Source: Setoptus koraiensis
Lineage: Eukaryota; Animalia; Arthropoda
DNA: 64,000 bases
NCBI GenBank assembly: GCA_048013815.1
Contig: CM106586.1
Coordinates: 22,258,001 to 22,322,000 of the forward strand
Direction of reading: 5' to 3'
Shown: positions 37,000-48,696 of the stretch, one piece after another
How positions within the stretch are numbered: position 1 is the stretch's first letter
Layout of the letters: every line of letters begins with the position of its first letter
Made by a program: the position numbers and the translations under genes
The notes under the pieces: generated by a model
What the model was told of the DNA's origin: nothing
What the model saw: the letters and a program-made list of their open reading frames with translations, nothing else
The model's database searches: none

Positions 37000-38010
37000 G
37001 CTGCCTGTTGTGTCGGGCCGGCCATTATCGGGCCCCATCGAGCTGCCAGCGACACTAAACGCACTGAATGGCGAGGAAGCCATGGTTAGTCGCGGGCACA
37101 ATGGGCCGCTTCGTTTGTCCAACTAAACGAAGCGTTGTCCAACGAGCGATGCCAGCAGAAGCCAGTTGCAAAGTTAACATTTGTCGTATATTGATATTTA
37201 GCCAGTTGTTGTAATGTCATTTATCTTGTCATCGAGCCGCTTCAGCCGATTCAACTGTCGCCCAACTAATAGCGCCAACGCCAATGTAGACGCACCACCA
37301 TAAACGTTGTTGCAAGCTCGCTGCTGGCGCTGGGGCCCAATGTTAAAATGTGCCAATACAACAATATCAATTGAATTGGCGCTCCTTGCCAAGGCTCGCC
37401 AAACGCGATCATGCTGGCAACACACAGCATTAGTTTGGGCAATTTCGGGCCCCAACTGCAAGCACGCCAATGAAACGACGACGACCACCAGTGAGAGATA
37501 AGAGGAGAAAAGAAAAGAAAAACGAGCATTGGTCGCGAAACTTTTTTCTCGGCTTCTCAAGCCTCTTCAGCGCGGCCAGCGGCACCAGCAATAACCAACC
37601 AGTGGCAACAATAGAATCTGGCAAGCTAGCCAGCAAGAGTGAAAAAGCGCTGAGTCGAATTCTTTGCCATGTGTGTGCGATATTGCGCGATGAAATAAGA
37701 GAAACACTTGTAAAGGATACGGGCAACAGGAAGCTGGCCAGCTCCACTGCTGGCGCCTGTGCCCGCAACAACTGCACCGCTTGCGCCACTTGTGCCCCCC
37801 TCGCAGCCCGTGCAGCACAACACAAGCACGAGCTCTGATTACGTAATGATGTCGGCATCATTACGTAATAGTAGTAGCGCCTCTACAGTCGCGTCCACTG
37901 TCTGATGGTATAGTAATTATGTGTCCACCATACTGTGTGAGTGCATGTGCGTGTGTGTGTGTGTGTATGTAACGGGCTGTATATATTATGTAATACACAG
38001 CCAACTGTTT

Positions 38011-38195
38011 ACTGTTGTTGTGGTTGTTGTGGTTGTTGTTGTCGCTGCCGTTGTTGCTGTTGTCGCTGTTGTTGCCGTTGTTGTCGCTGTTGTTGCTGTT
38101 GTTGCTGCTGTTGTTGCTGCTGCTGTTGCTGTTTCGCAGCAGTTGTGTGTTCGTTAGTGATTATTTTGATTCAGACAATACTGTCTGCCCGTCTA

Positions 38196-38251
<56 letters not shown>

Positions 38252-38284
38252 TCTGGTTGGCTGGATGGCTGGATGGCTGGCTGG
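38011..38284. repeat. (TTG/CTG)n triplet tract followed by (GGCT)n tetranucleotide microsatellite
   Basis: Triplets at 38011-38133; (GGCT)n at 38196-38284. Confidence 0.9.
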
Positions 38285-38625
38285 CTATTCATTAATTGAA
38301 TATGCAATATTAATATTCAAAGTGATAGTGCACAATGACATGAGGCACGCACACGCGAATTCCGACAGAACGAGCAAGTTAACAAGCGAAAACAACAAGC
38401 CCACAAATAAGTGATCTATATGGAGTCCGCATTATAAAACGCGGCTGCCGTTGCGAGCCCCATTTCTCTGTTTGCCCGAGTCTAGGGGCAAACATCGAGT
38501 CGAAATGGGTGAAAAACGGCCTCGTAGCGAGCTGAAACGAGCCCCGACACCAGTTGTAGAGCTCGCGAAATTTCCAGGGCAATTCCAAGCAACTGGGTAC
38601 GTCGCTTGGGCCGCTCTCATTCTTC

Positions 38626-38735
38626 CGAGAGCGCCGATTTTCAACACCGATAGCGCCGATTTTCAAAATCGAGAGCGCCGATTTTCAACATCGAGAGCGC
38701 CGATTTTCATAGTCGAAAACGCCGATTTTCATCGG
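38626..38735. repeat. 22-bp tandem repeat CGAGAGCGCCGATTTTCAACA(C/T) x5
   Basis: Units start at 38626, 38648, 38670, 38692 and 38714. Confidence 0.92.
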
Positions 38736-41700
38736 CTTGAAAACCGTTGTCTTCACCCGAATCGACATGTGCGCTGCTGCTGGCGTGACAGGCAATCTGG
38801 CGCCGATTTCATTGCGTTGTCGTTCAACGTGCGCCGTCCGCTCACAATCAGCGGGCCCCAATTTTCAACGATTGCGACTTGCAGCTCTCTAATTGTGCTC
38901 TCGGGCTGTCGCAACATCTCTCCTCCATCTGTCCTTGATTTGATTTGTTTTAATTTTATTAAAACCGGAAAAACCGCGAAACGCTCTTGGAAAGTTTTGT
39001 TTCATTCAGGGCCCCCCCCCATTTATCAGTTGTTAACCGCCGATTTTGTTGTTCGTGCCCCCCGTCCGTCACGATCAGTTGTCTGTCTGGCTCGGTCTGG
39101 CTTCGTCTGGCTCGGTGTGCTGCAATCAGCCAGCCGAAGCTGATTTATCAATGTGCCATGTCGATAATTGACGACGCTCTGGCCTCTCGCAAGCTCATAA
39201 TTTTACAATCACAATTTTACGCATGACGGGCCCAACCAGAATCGGCAATAACATCCGAATTTGGGCAGCGCCAGGCTGAGATTTGTGCGACTTTTGTGCG
39301 ACTTTTTCGCGGCATCTTGGCGACATTCTCATTGAGAGAATGTCTCATGCGCGCATACGTACCCGTCATCAATGTCGGTGTGTTTTATGGCTGGCCCCCC
39401 AGCACGCCCGTTATTGATTGATGGCGACGATAGGGGCCCTCGACAGGCACAGTCTCACCACTCGAGCCGGCGCCGACTAACCAGTTCAACGACTCGAGCT
39501 GCCAGCATTAATTGCTTGTCTTATTATATAGTGTCTACTCGATTTGTATCACACGGGCACGAGTACGAGCTTGCCAACTGGCTCGCGAAAGTATTGCAGC
39601 GGCACTAATCTCGCTGGCTGGCTGGCTTTTTTCGCTTTTGGCTCGTTAATGGGCCAAAAGCGATTGGGTCGTTGGGAGAAAAAATCTATCGGCCAGACAT
39701 TTTTAGGGCGAAATTGTGGAGTAAAAAGGAGGCCAGTTCAGTGACAGTTTGACACACAAGCGACGATGGCTCGTCATCATTTGTCAACTGCCAATGTATC
39801 CACGTCCACAAGCTCCGACGGCGGCGCACAATCTGGCTTTTTCGTGGGGGCTTTTTTCCTTTTTTCTTTTGTGAATAGCGAGGGCTAAGAGAAAAAAAAG
39901 CTGCACCAAGAATGCAAGTATGCGCACAGATATTGATCTGGTGGCTGTGCCTCGGGGGCCCCGCTTATCGCTCATTGGTTGCAACTTGTTCTTCAAACCG
40001 TGTTCGTCGCCGCCAGGGCCCACTCGTTGTTGGGGCCACCATTTCGTCGGGCTAAATATGTTATGTTATATGTTATGTTGGGCGCTTAGCAGCAGAGATT
40101 GCACTCACTTGTGTTTAATGCGAAATAACAGTCAGAAAAGACAAATATGGGACAGGCCCATGTCGAGTGTTGCGCAATCAATTGTTTCGGCACAACGGGA
40201 TAAACTCTCTCAAGTTTAAATCCGCTGTGTGGCCCAATGGCCGGTCGTGTATCTCTGCCAATTCGCCAGACCCATCGCGCACATTGTGAATTGAACATGA
40301 CAAATGTCCGAACGTCCGATTGCACAACCAGTGCGCCTGCTCACAATTATCCGGCACATTTCTGCTTAATTTACTCACCATGTCTGGCCAAGCAAACAAC
40401 AAATTGCTCTATTTTGACATTGATAACCACTCACTGCCGGACTGCTGAATTTGTCAAAATATCCGCCAACCAGCGCGGGCCAGATTATCCAAACCAATCG
40501 GCCAACCAGCCGAGTTTGGAACCGTAAACATTGGCAAGACGCACGACATTTGGGTATGATCGTTAATCGTCGTCTCGTAATCGCTGCGCCGGGGCAGCAG
40601 ACGTGCCTTTTTGCAAACTTGCATCGTGGCACGTTGCACGAATCTTGACAATGTAACCTGTTTCTGGCTGGCAAGCCAGCCAATTCATTGAGTTATTTTG
40701 TGCCGAGCGCGGCAAAAATAACCCAGTTCCCACAACCTTTGGAAGCTTTGGAAATTCGTGCAAATTGCCCACTAATTGGCGACATCTGGCCCATTCTTGC
40801 CGCCCTCGCTGTTGGCATTTTTCACAAAAACAATCTCACTATTGGCGCTACTTGGCACCATTTGAGACTGCTTGCTTTGAGCTCACTCGGGGCCCCCGAC
40901 CTAACAAGCTGAGGCCCACGCACGCCAACCCATTTTTGTAGCTCTGTATCTGTCACATTTTCAGACAAAATATTTTCACTACCGGGCCAAAATCAATAAC
41001 AAAATTGCGACAACAATCGACAACATTGGAACACATTTAATGACTACCGCTGGTGCCAATGGTGGCCAAAATGATCCAGAGTACGTGAACAATTGTTTTG
41101 CCTTAATGATGTCATTATATAAATCAGCTGCGAGCGGTCATTCAGTCGGATAACGATGTAATGGTACAATTAAACAGAGAGAGCGAGAGAGAAAAAAAAA
41201 TCATTTACTCTAATAGTGCTTGCGGCTCACAACTGACCCTGACTTTGGAAAACCTATGCGTTAGCACACACTTAAAAAGGGCCCCACGATCCGGCAGTGT
41301 TGCCGATTAGGCGCCCATTACGCCAAAATGCAATCGCTACATAATGTCGTGTTTGTGGAACCAATCATCGTCTGATTGCCTCAGGCCCCTTCGATTGTGC
41401 AAAAACAAAATGAGCACAACAACACGGCACAATTGTGTCAAATGATCTACTTAATCCAGTCTGCAACAACTTTAATTACCTAAGGGCTTATATTGTCTGC
41501 GCGCACCAACTGGCCCATTTGTCGATTGCACTGCGTCGAGGCTAAAAAATATTGAATGGCGTTTTATATTGATTGGCTTTATCACGAAATACCCGATTTA
41601 CTGCATTAGGGTGTGCTGCCGAGCAAAAAAGGGCCCAGCCAAATGCAATTAGCACTTAATATGCTACTATTGTTTCGATAATCAGTCGAAAATCTCCCGA

Positions 41701-42891
41701 TAAAAAAAAATCCTCACACTCGCAATCTGTGCCTGGCACGTATAACTGAGCTGACTACGCCCGATCGAAATTACTGAACCTTTAGAACGGGACCCAGAGC
41801 CTCAGTTGGTTTATCGCCTCGTCTGTTTTCGTTTTGGCACGCTTGAGACTCTAATGAAAAAGTTTCTCGATCGCGCATAAATTTTTTCTCGGCGAAACAC
41901 TTTCAGCGTCATGCCGAATTCAGGAAAATCCATCCCAAGGTGCATCAACTCGATGCCATCAAGGGCTTTGACCGAATCGTCCAAACAATTTACAATCGAT
42001 TTTTTTCACTACACTATTTCCATAGTGATCCCTCCATCTCTCGAAGGGGTCGTACACATTAACTAATTTTTCCGAAATACATCAAAATTGAAAAAATCGA
42101 AAAAGTTGCTAACAAAAGAGCGCGTAGGGGATATTTACCCAACGAGGTTATACTCGATATACTTTCTCCGAATGCCACGAATGACGGAGAACGGAGCGAT
42201 GTACCACTACAATTACATTGAAAAAATCTTGAAACTATCGATTGGTATTTTTTCCGTTCGCTCAAACGGAAAAATTCGCCACAAAAGTAATTTAGTGGAT
42301 CTGGAAAGCAGCGATTCTGAAGAGAAAGTCCTGAGTTCTTGTTCGTATGGCACATAGATGGATTTCCGGTTTCGATCAGATCCACTTTTTCCTTCGACTT
42401 TTTCATGAACAAAAGTGATTGGATAATGAAAATTTCTTATCTGTGTCGGTGAGGGCACTAACTCTTTGGACGCTTGTATGATACGCGAGGTGCAATTTTG
42501 GACCCTAAGTACTTACATGGTATCATGGATCTCTCAAGTAATAGAATAATCACGAAGTGAGCGTGTGAAATACCAATTGCCCATGGCGCACACTTCTAAG
42601 TGTAATAATGCTGCAATCGAAAAAACGCTCTCAAAATAGATCGCAATGGTTGCACGTTTAGAAAAGTTTATAAAAATAAACCTGCGAGACTAGCAGCAAT
42701 GGCTAACCGAATAAGTGGTTGAGTATGGATGTATCTTTCTGAAATATTTCGAAGGGATAAAAGCGCACATACAGCCAGAAATCACTCAGCTGTTCATCTC
42801 GGCGAATTATTTTTGATTTCAATAAAAAGCTCAATACAAAGTAATTAAGCAACAATTATATATCGTTATAGAGTTATATTATAGAGTTGTT

Positions 42892-43647
42892 ATGATGAAG
42901 TGGATCGATGTTATTTGCGTCACTATTGCAGTTGTTGCCGTAAGCTGTAGCTCTGTCTCATCGACTGAAGGACAGGAACGCTTTTCAGCTCAGATAAAAA
43001 AGATAAATGAGGCAGTTAATACATGGTACGCCCAAGAATCAGCATCCGAAAATCTCAATAGACCGCTAGATGACGCTTATTTCCAGAGTGAGGGTTTTCG
43101 TTGGCCCAGAGCAATGATGCAAGTGTTGCAATTAGCCACAGGAGTGCCTATAACCGACAAGATTGTCGTTATATGGGTCTATCGTATGGTTGCCGGTTTG
43201 AAATATAACAACTCGAGAATACAACAACAATTTTTGGACAATCTAGAGGAATTTCTGGTCACCAATTTCAAGTACGGAACGAGCGATTTCGAGAAGGCCG
43301 ATTGCGTGAAAAAAATGAACGACATGTGTTCACCGTACAGATCGGACAACAATGAAAAGCAGTTCGATTTTCACGGTGCCATTGATGATCTGCTGAAATT
43401 CAAGAAAATTGAGAATGTTGATGAAAGGAAATTCTTCACGCAAGTTGTTTCGAATTTTCAACCTATTTCACCGCTTTACTCGGCCGCCATCGTTTGTCAA
43501 TATATCGACGCAATCATGGAGGTAGCGATACACAATCCGAAAGAGAAAATTAATTTAGAATTGCCATTCAACAAGACGCTCGATAGTGACCCCTGGTACT
43601 ATCCTAGCTTTTCCGCACTGACTGGAAATCCGCACTTGTTCAGATAA
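42892..43647 (+). CDS. Orphan secreted protein, 251 aa, single exon, predicted mostly alpha-helical
   Basis: Only long ATG-initiated ORF with normal amino-acid composition in the 52-kb desert. N-terminal signal-peptide pattern (MMKWIDVICVTIAVVAVSCSSVSS|TE), no other hydrophobic span, N-glycosylation sequons NNS and NKT, TATA-like TATAAAAA at ~42669. No family recognised. Confidence 0.8.
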   Translation: MMKWIDVICVTIAVVAVSCSSVSSTEGQERFSAQIKKINEAVNTWYAQESASENLNRPLDDAYFQSEGFRWPRAMMQVLQLATGVPITDKIVVIWVYRMVAGLKYNNSRIQQQFLDNLEEFLVTNFKYGTSDFEKADCVKKMNDMCSPYRSDNNEKQFDFHGAIDDLLKFKKIENVDERKFFTQVVSNFQPISPLYSAAIVCQYIDAIMEVAIHNPKEKINLELPFNKTLDSDPWYYPSFSALTGNPHLFR

Positions 43648-44573
43648 TACCGCTAGAATTCTTTTGGTTGTGGAAGTGTCCAGTTCGGACGCTTTAAATG
43701 AATGCATTGTGACAAATGGATGGATAAATTGAATGTATATTCACCCTTCGATAAACATCATTCTGGCTTAACATTATAAATTATTGACGCTTTTTGTATG
43801 ATGACTGGCATGCTAATGACATATGGCCATCGGCTGCGACTAGATATTTATCGTGCCCATTAATCTCAGAGATTATCTGTGTGTGTTGGTGGAGCGGAAA
43901 AAAGCGATTGTATACATCGGCGGTCGGTTTGATTTTTTTTTATCTGCTCACTGAGACTCACTGGCGAAACAGGTAGAGAAATTTCGTTACACGCTAACGT
44001 TTGCACGGTAGACGGATATGTGTTCCGAAGCGTGACTTTGAGCAGGCCTCGCAAGCCGTATCCAAACTGTATCTATGTCTGTGGCTTTGGGGCGCCCGGT
44101 GACCACGACGAACAAGTCCGACAAAGTTGGCCCGTTGTGTGACCATGAAAACAAGCGCGATATTCATGTAAGTCGTTGCTTGCCGGACCGTGCTCGAGCT
44201 CCACAGCCCACGGCCTGTTTTCTGGACACACACACACAATATCGGCCGCGTTATCTCGCTGCATTTTATCCGACGGTGATCTGGTGTGGCAGTTTGCCGC
44301 TATTTGCACTTGGCCAACAGATCTATATCGGCCGGAGGCCCGGCAGGCCGGCCCGCCGTTTTGTAAATGACGAGCGGGGCCAGACGTTGCCGGGCCGCGT
44401 TGCCGGGCTGCGTTGCCGGGCATAGGAGGCCCAATATGACTAACGGGCATTTTGTATATCGTGCTAGGTTAGATATCAATAAGAAGATAACTGAGCGCGC
44501 CGGCTGTTATCGTGTGTCACATGTATCGGGGCCCCATTGGGTATTACATGAATGGCATAACTGCGCTGGCTCG

Positions 44574-44575
<2 letters not shown>

Positions 44576-44611
<36 letters not shown>
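44576..44611. repeat. (CA)n microsatellite
   Basis: Direct reading. Confidence 0.95.
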
Positions 44612-44615
<4 letters not shown>

Positions 44616-47600
44616 TCCTGTCCGTGGGCCGACATATCGCGACGTATCTCGGTGTGTGTGTAGGCCGACTAGAGAGCGAGAGCAGCACGTGATAGCGGCA
44701 TTTCGGCTAGCTAGTTCGCTAGTTGGTCTTGCCAGCGAACCAACGAGAGTCAGTGGGCGCATAGCGGATATGTGGCGCGATGTCGGCGATAACGACACGT
44801 CAGCATGTGAGCATGTTTTTGGCACAAACAGTATGCAAACAGCAACGACTCCTTGGCAAGCCAATTGGTGGCAAGGCCGACAAGTCGAGGCTGTGCCTGT
44901 TATTAAGCAGTGTTGAAAAGCAGCAACCAGAGATAGCGTAGATAGATTATTATCTATGATCTATATAATATCATTGGCGCTAAAGCCGGACCAAGCAGCC
45001 GGCGCCGCCAGCCAACGGTGCAGCCGCTCACACGAATCAACCCGAAATAGCAACCATTCCGAGTATCCAGGGGCGACCATATCCAGCAGGGGCCCCCACG
45101 CCAAAGCCCCTGCTGCAAATAATGTTGCTGTTGCCTATAAATAGGCGAGGGCCAGTTTCGTGCAGCTGCGCCGCCCGTAATAGCTCTGGTAATCGTAATA
45201 ATGGGGTTAAAAGCCCAGCCACAAATAGCAAAATATATTTGAGTATCCGAAATTATCCCAGATCGCACTTGGCTGAATATAGCTGGCGGTAAATGTAAAT
45301 GAACACACACAATGGCAACCGAACAAACACAAACACAGATAGATGGATAATATTCAATGGAGTTTGCGTGATTTGCATTTAAACAAACCAATAAGCTGGC
45401 CCAAGCAAATCTTTTAAACAAACGCCGGCGCGCTCACTCAATTGATTCGCGCATTCGGCCAGTATCAGCCGCTTTAGTTCCGCTATTAGGGGCCATTTCT
45501 CAACAAAATTGTGCCCGATCGAGTGACGTTCCAAGTTGCAAGTCGTGAGATGATTCTATAGTGCTGGCGCCACTCATTGACAGCACCAATGGAAACAATT
45601 GCACCAAAATAAACTCCACTCTACAGCCCCATACAAAGTCAAGCGCCAAACAGCATAGCGGTAGTGGGGCACGGAATGCGAAAAAGAAACACACAGCCCA
45701 CACATGTGCCTATATCATTTCAGGTAATTTCGGCTAGTGAACCAACCCAAAGATCCACCCATAAGTGTCCTCATTTCGAATGTTTCCGAAAACATCCGGT
45801 TGGTTTATTTCTCGTCGTGGTCCCTATCCGATCTCATGCGCTCTGGACGATCGGACCAAAATAGAAAACTTTTTTTTCTCTTGTCTATCCGAAACTGAAT
45901 ATCTGCTTTTTAACTCACCAACGACCTTTCGAATCAGCGAGTTAGAGCCAGTTAGAATGCACAAAACGCGCATTGTTAGAGATTCTCACGGTCGGATAAT
46001 CCGGCCGGGTCTCGCTAGAAATTTACTGTCACTGCGTGACTGAAATACCGCACGCTGCGGAACTCGAATTAGTATACTGAAAACAGTCAAGTCATTGTTG
46101 AATATCGTCATCTGAGCGTCGTTAGTCATTGTGGGCCCGCTAACGAAAACAACGAGCCACAATTTTCAGCTGTATAGCACATGGGGCCGCTAACAACAGC
46201 AGCAGCAAAAAGACTTGAGAAAAATTCTTTCTTTTGCTAGTTCGCTAGTCACACTAACAATAAAACACAATAATAATATCGCTGTGCGATTATTCATGAC
46301 CGACGAAGGAAACTGTGTGCCCACTGATTGACAGTAGATGACCGTGACAAGCAGATAAACAGCAGAGGTAAATGGCACTGGCCTCGCATACGAAAGGCCA
46401 CAATCCGCCGCTGGGACCTTGGTATGTTGTTAACAAAAAGAAAAACGTTTCGCTCTGCTGGCAAGGGCATAACATTGAGCAGTGTTGTGTTGGCAATGAT
46501 CTAGGACAACGAAATTGGCGGTCGAGATTACTCGAAGTCGGTTCTTGTGGGACCCAGACGTCAGATTTGTCGCTTTTCCCGGTTTTTGCCAGTCGAAAAT
46601 CAGTTATAAGGATCATTTTTCGGGTTTTTTTTTCGTAACACGAATTGTAAAAATTGATCACAATCTGCGCGGGGGCGCATTGGGGGGGGGGCGGAATTCA
46701 TTAAAACATAGCTTTTTTTCGGCAATTGATGGCAGAGAAGGCGAGATTGGGTCTTTTCGGTAGGAATAAAAAGCGCCCAGAAGACGTATTTGGTCAATGC
46801 ACTTTCGGAGTCATTGCTCCGACAGGAAATGTTCGGTTCAGAACTGATTCTGTTTTTGCCGATCAATGTTCATCCGAGAAACTCAACAATGTTCTCGCCA
46901 CTCTAATATTCTTATCGAGATGTATATCTGTTAGCTGTTCGCCCAGCAGCCAAACTAAAAACCGTGTGATGCTTGGAAAAAAGTTGTTTGTATTGATTAG
47001 TTGACTGACACATTGTGGCTAGCTTCGAGCCGACTGCACACACATTGAGACAACCATGATAAACGATCATTAGATGATGCACGATGAATTCTTCGATTAA
47101 TCTCTATAGGCACACCTGTCATCGTGTGTGTGTCACACGTCCAGTTTGGCTAGAACAGTCGCAGAATATTTCAAAAATACCATGGACATAAATGTGTTGA
47201 GCTTATAATATCATTATGTAACCATGGGCAACGGCAGTGTTAGCAGTAGTGTCATGTACTGTGAGTTGTGAGCAGAGAAAAGGAAAAAGAATAACGATAA
47301 CAGTCATAATCTCTGCCTAGTTGAATTGCATGGATGCATAAATAGGATGGATAAGTAATGGTTTAATGCATTTATGAATTGAATAGCTGGCATGAGCTGA
47401 GTCCGACAAAACGGCGAACAAGTCTAAACGGACAAGTCTAGATGATACAGAAGAATTATTTTGGGGGCTCCATTTTTGTCGTGTCGGGCATGATTTGCAT
47501 TTAAACGAAGTGTTGGCGCCTGTCGTGTCTGACTGGAACAATTGCTATTCCCATTCATTACGTCGGTTGCTGCATTTATTCGTATGACGCTAGGATTGTA

Positions 47601-48120
47601 TATATAAAAATTGTGCTGATAGTTAACAGTGGCATGACAAATGAAATGCCCGCCAGAATATGGGCTCCGCACCGGGGCCAATCTGTTCCGATGTTCATGA
47701 GCAATTGTCTGGATGGTTACATAATAAAGTGAGTAACTTGCAATGTTCGCTGGCGTTCAATGTAACACGTTTGATTTGATATCGTTATTGTTAGTGTGCA
47801 CTGTGTTTCATTGTTGTCGTCGACTAACAAAAGTTTTCTGACAAGTTTATTTCAAAATAATAATAATATCTTTTTTGGCGCTCTCACACACACACTTGCA
47901 AGTTGCGAAATAAAAAACCGGTACGCGCACTATATCTTTTTTCGATACAACAAACACAATGGTGCTCATTTCATCGCTCATAGAATATGTCATCAGCGAG
48001 ATAAATTAATGAACGATCTGAATGGATTCTCTCTCGTCGCGAGCTCTTCCTTGCCACGAAAACATTCATACAAGAGTGTTCGGCGACTTGGCCGGCGCTT
48101 TGGCCGCGTTTTGGGCGATC

Positions 48121-48297
48121 TCCGAATTTCGGAAAGTTTCCGAGTCCGAATTTCGGAAAATTTCCGAGTCCGAATTTCGGAAAGTTTCCGAGTCCGAATT
48201 TCGGAAAAATTCCGAGTCCGAATTTCGGAAAATTTCCGCGTCCGAATTTCGAAAAATTCCGAGTCCGAATTTCGGAAAAATTCCGAGTCCGAAATTT
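48121..48297. repeat. 24-bp minisatellite TCCGAATTTCGGAAA(A/G)(T/A)TTCCGAG, 7 copies plus a partial
   Basis: Direct reading. Each unit holds two overlapping inverted repeats (TCCGA-ATT-TCGGA and CGGAA-AGT-TTCCG). No unique spacers. Confidence 0.95.
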
Positions 48298-48640
48298 TCA
48301 ACTACCACTAATACTTGAGCACACTGCGCACAGAGTGCACGATGGTGACTGCGCCGCGAAAATTCCATAAATGATTTCGGCTGTGTCGATCGCCTTGAGC
48401 TTCGATCGGGCCTCGAACTCGCTCGCCACCACTGAACAAACAGCTAGCCACCGGCTCCCGTGTTTACTCACAGTGTCGCCCTCGTAATTAGTGGTGGCGA
48501 CACTTTTTCGCCGATGGCCAGACACAATAGAAGCAAACTAATATTTTCTCCGCCATAACTGGACCCATTATAATGGTCGCCGTAGTATGGTGTCCGGTCT
48601 ATTTGCACATGAATATTTATTCTATTCATGAATTTTGTCG

Positions 48641-48641
<1 letters not shown>

Positions 48642-48691
<50 letters not shown>
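48642..48691. repeat. (CA)n microsatellite, ~25 units
   Basis: Direct reading. Confidence 0.95.

Positions 48692-48696
<5 letters not shown>

Noticed and set aside
45740-47004. AT-rich island with several 70-120-aa ORFs, considered as a transposon or gene remnant
   Set aside because: No transposase, RT or other motif, and no terminal repeats seen. The short DDRTKIEN similarity to the secreted protein is treated as chance.
48121-48297. 24-bp palindromic repeats resembling a CRISPR array
   Set aside because: Units are contiguous with no unique spacers, there are no cas genes, and the context is eukaryotic.
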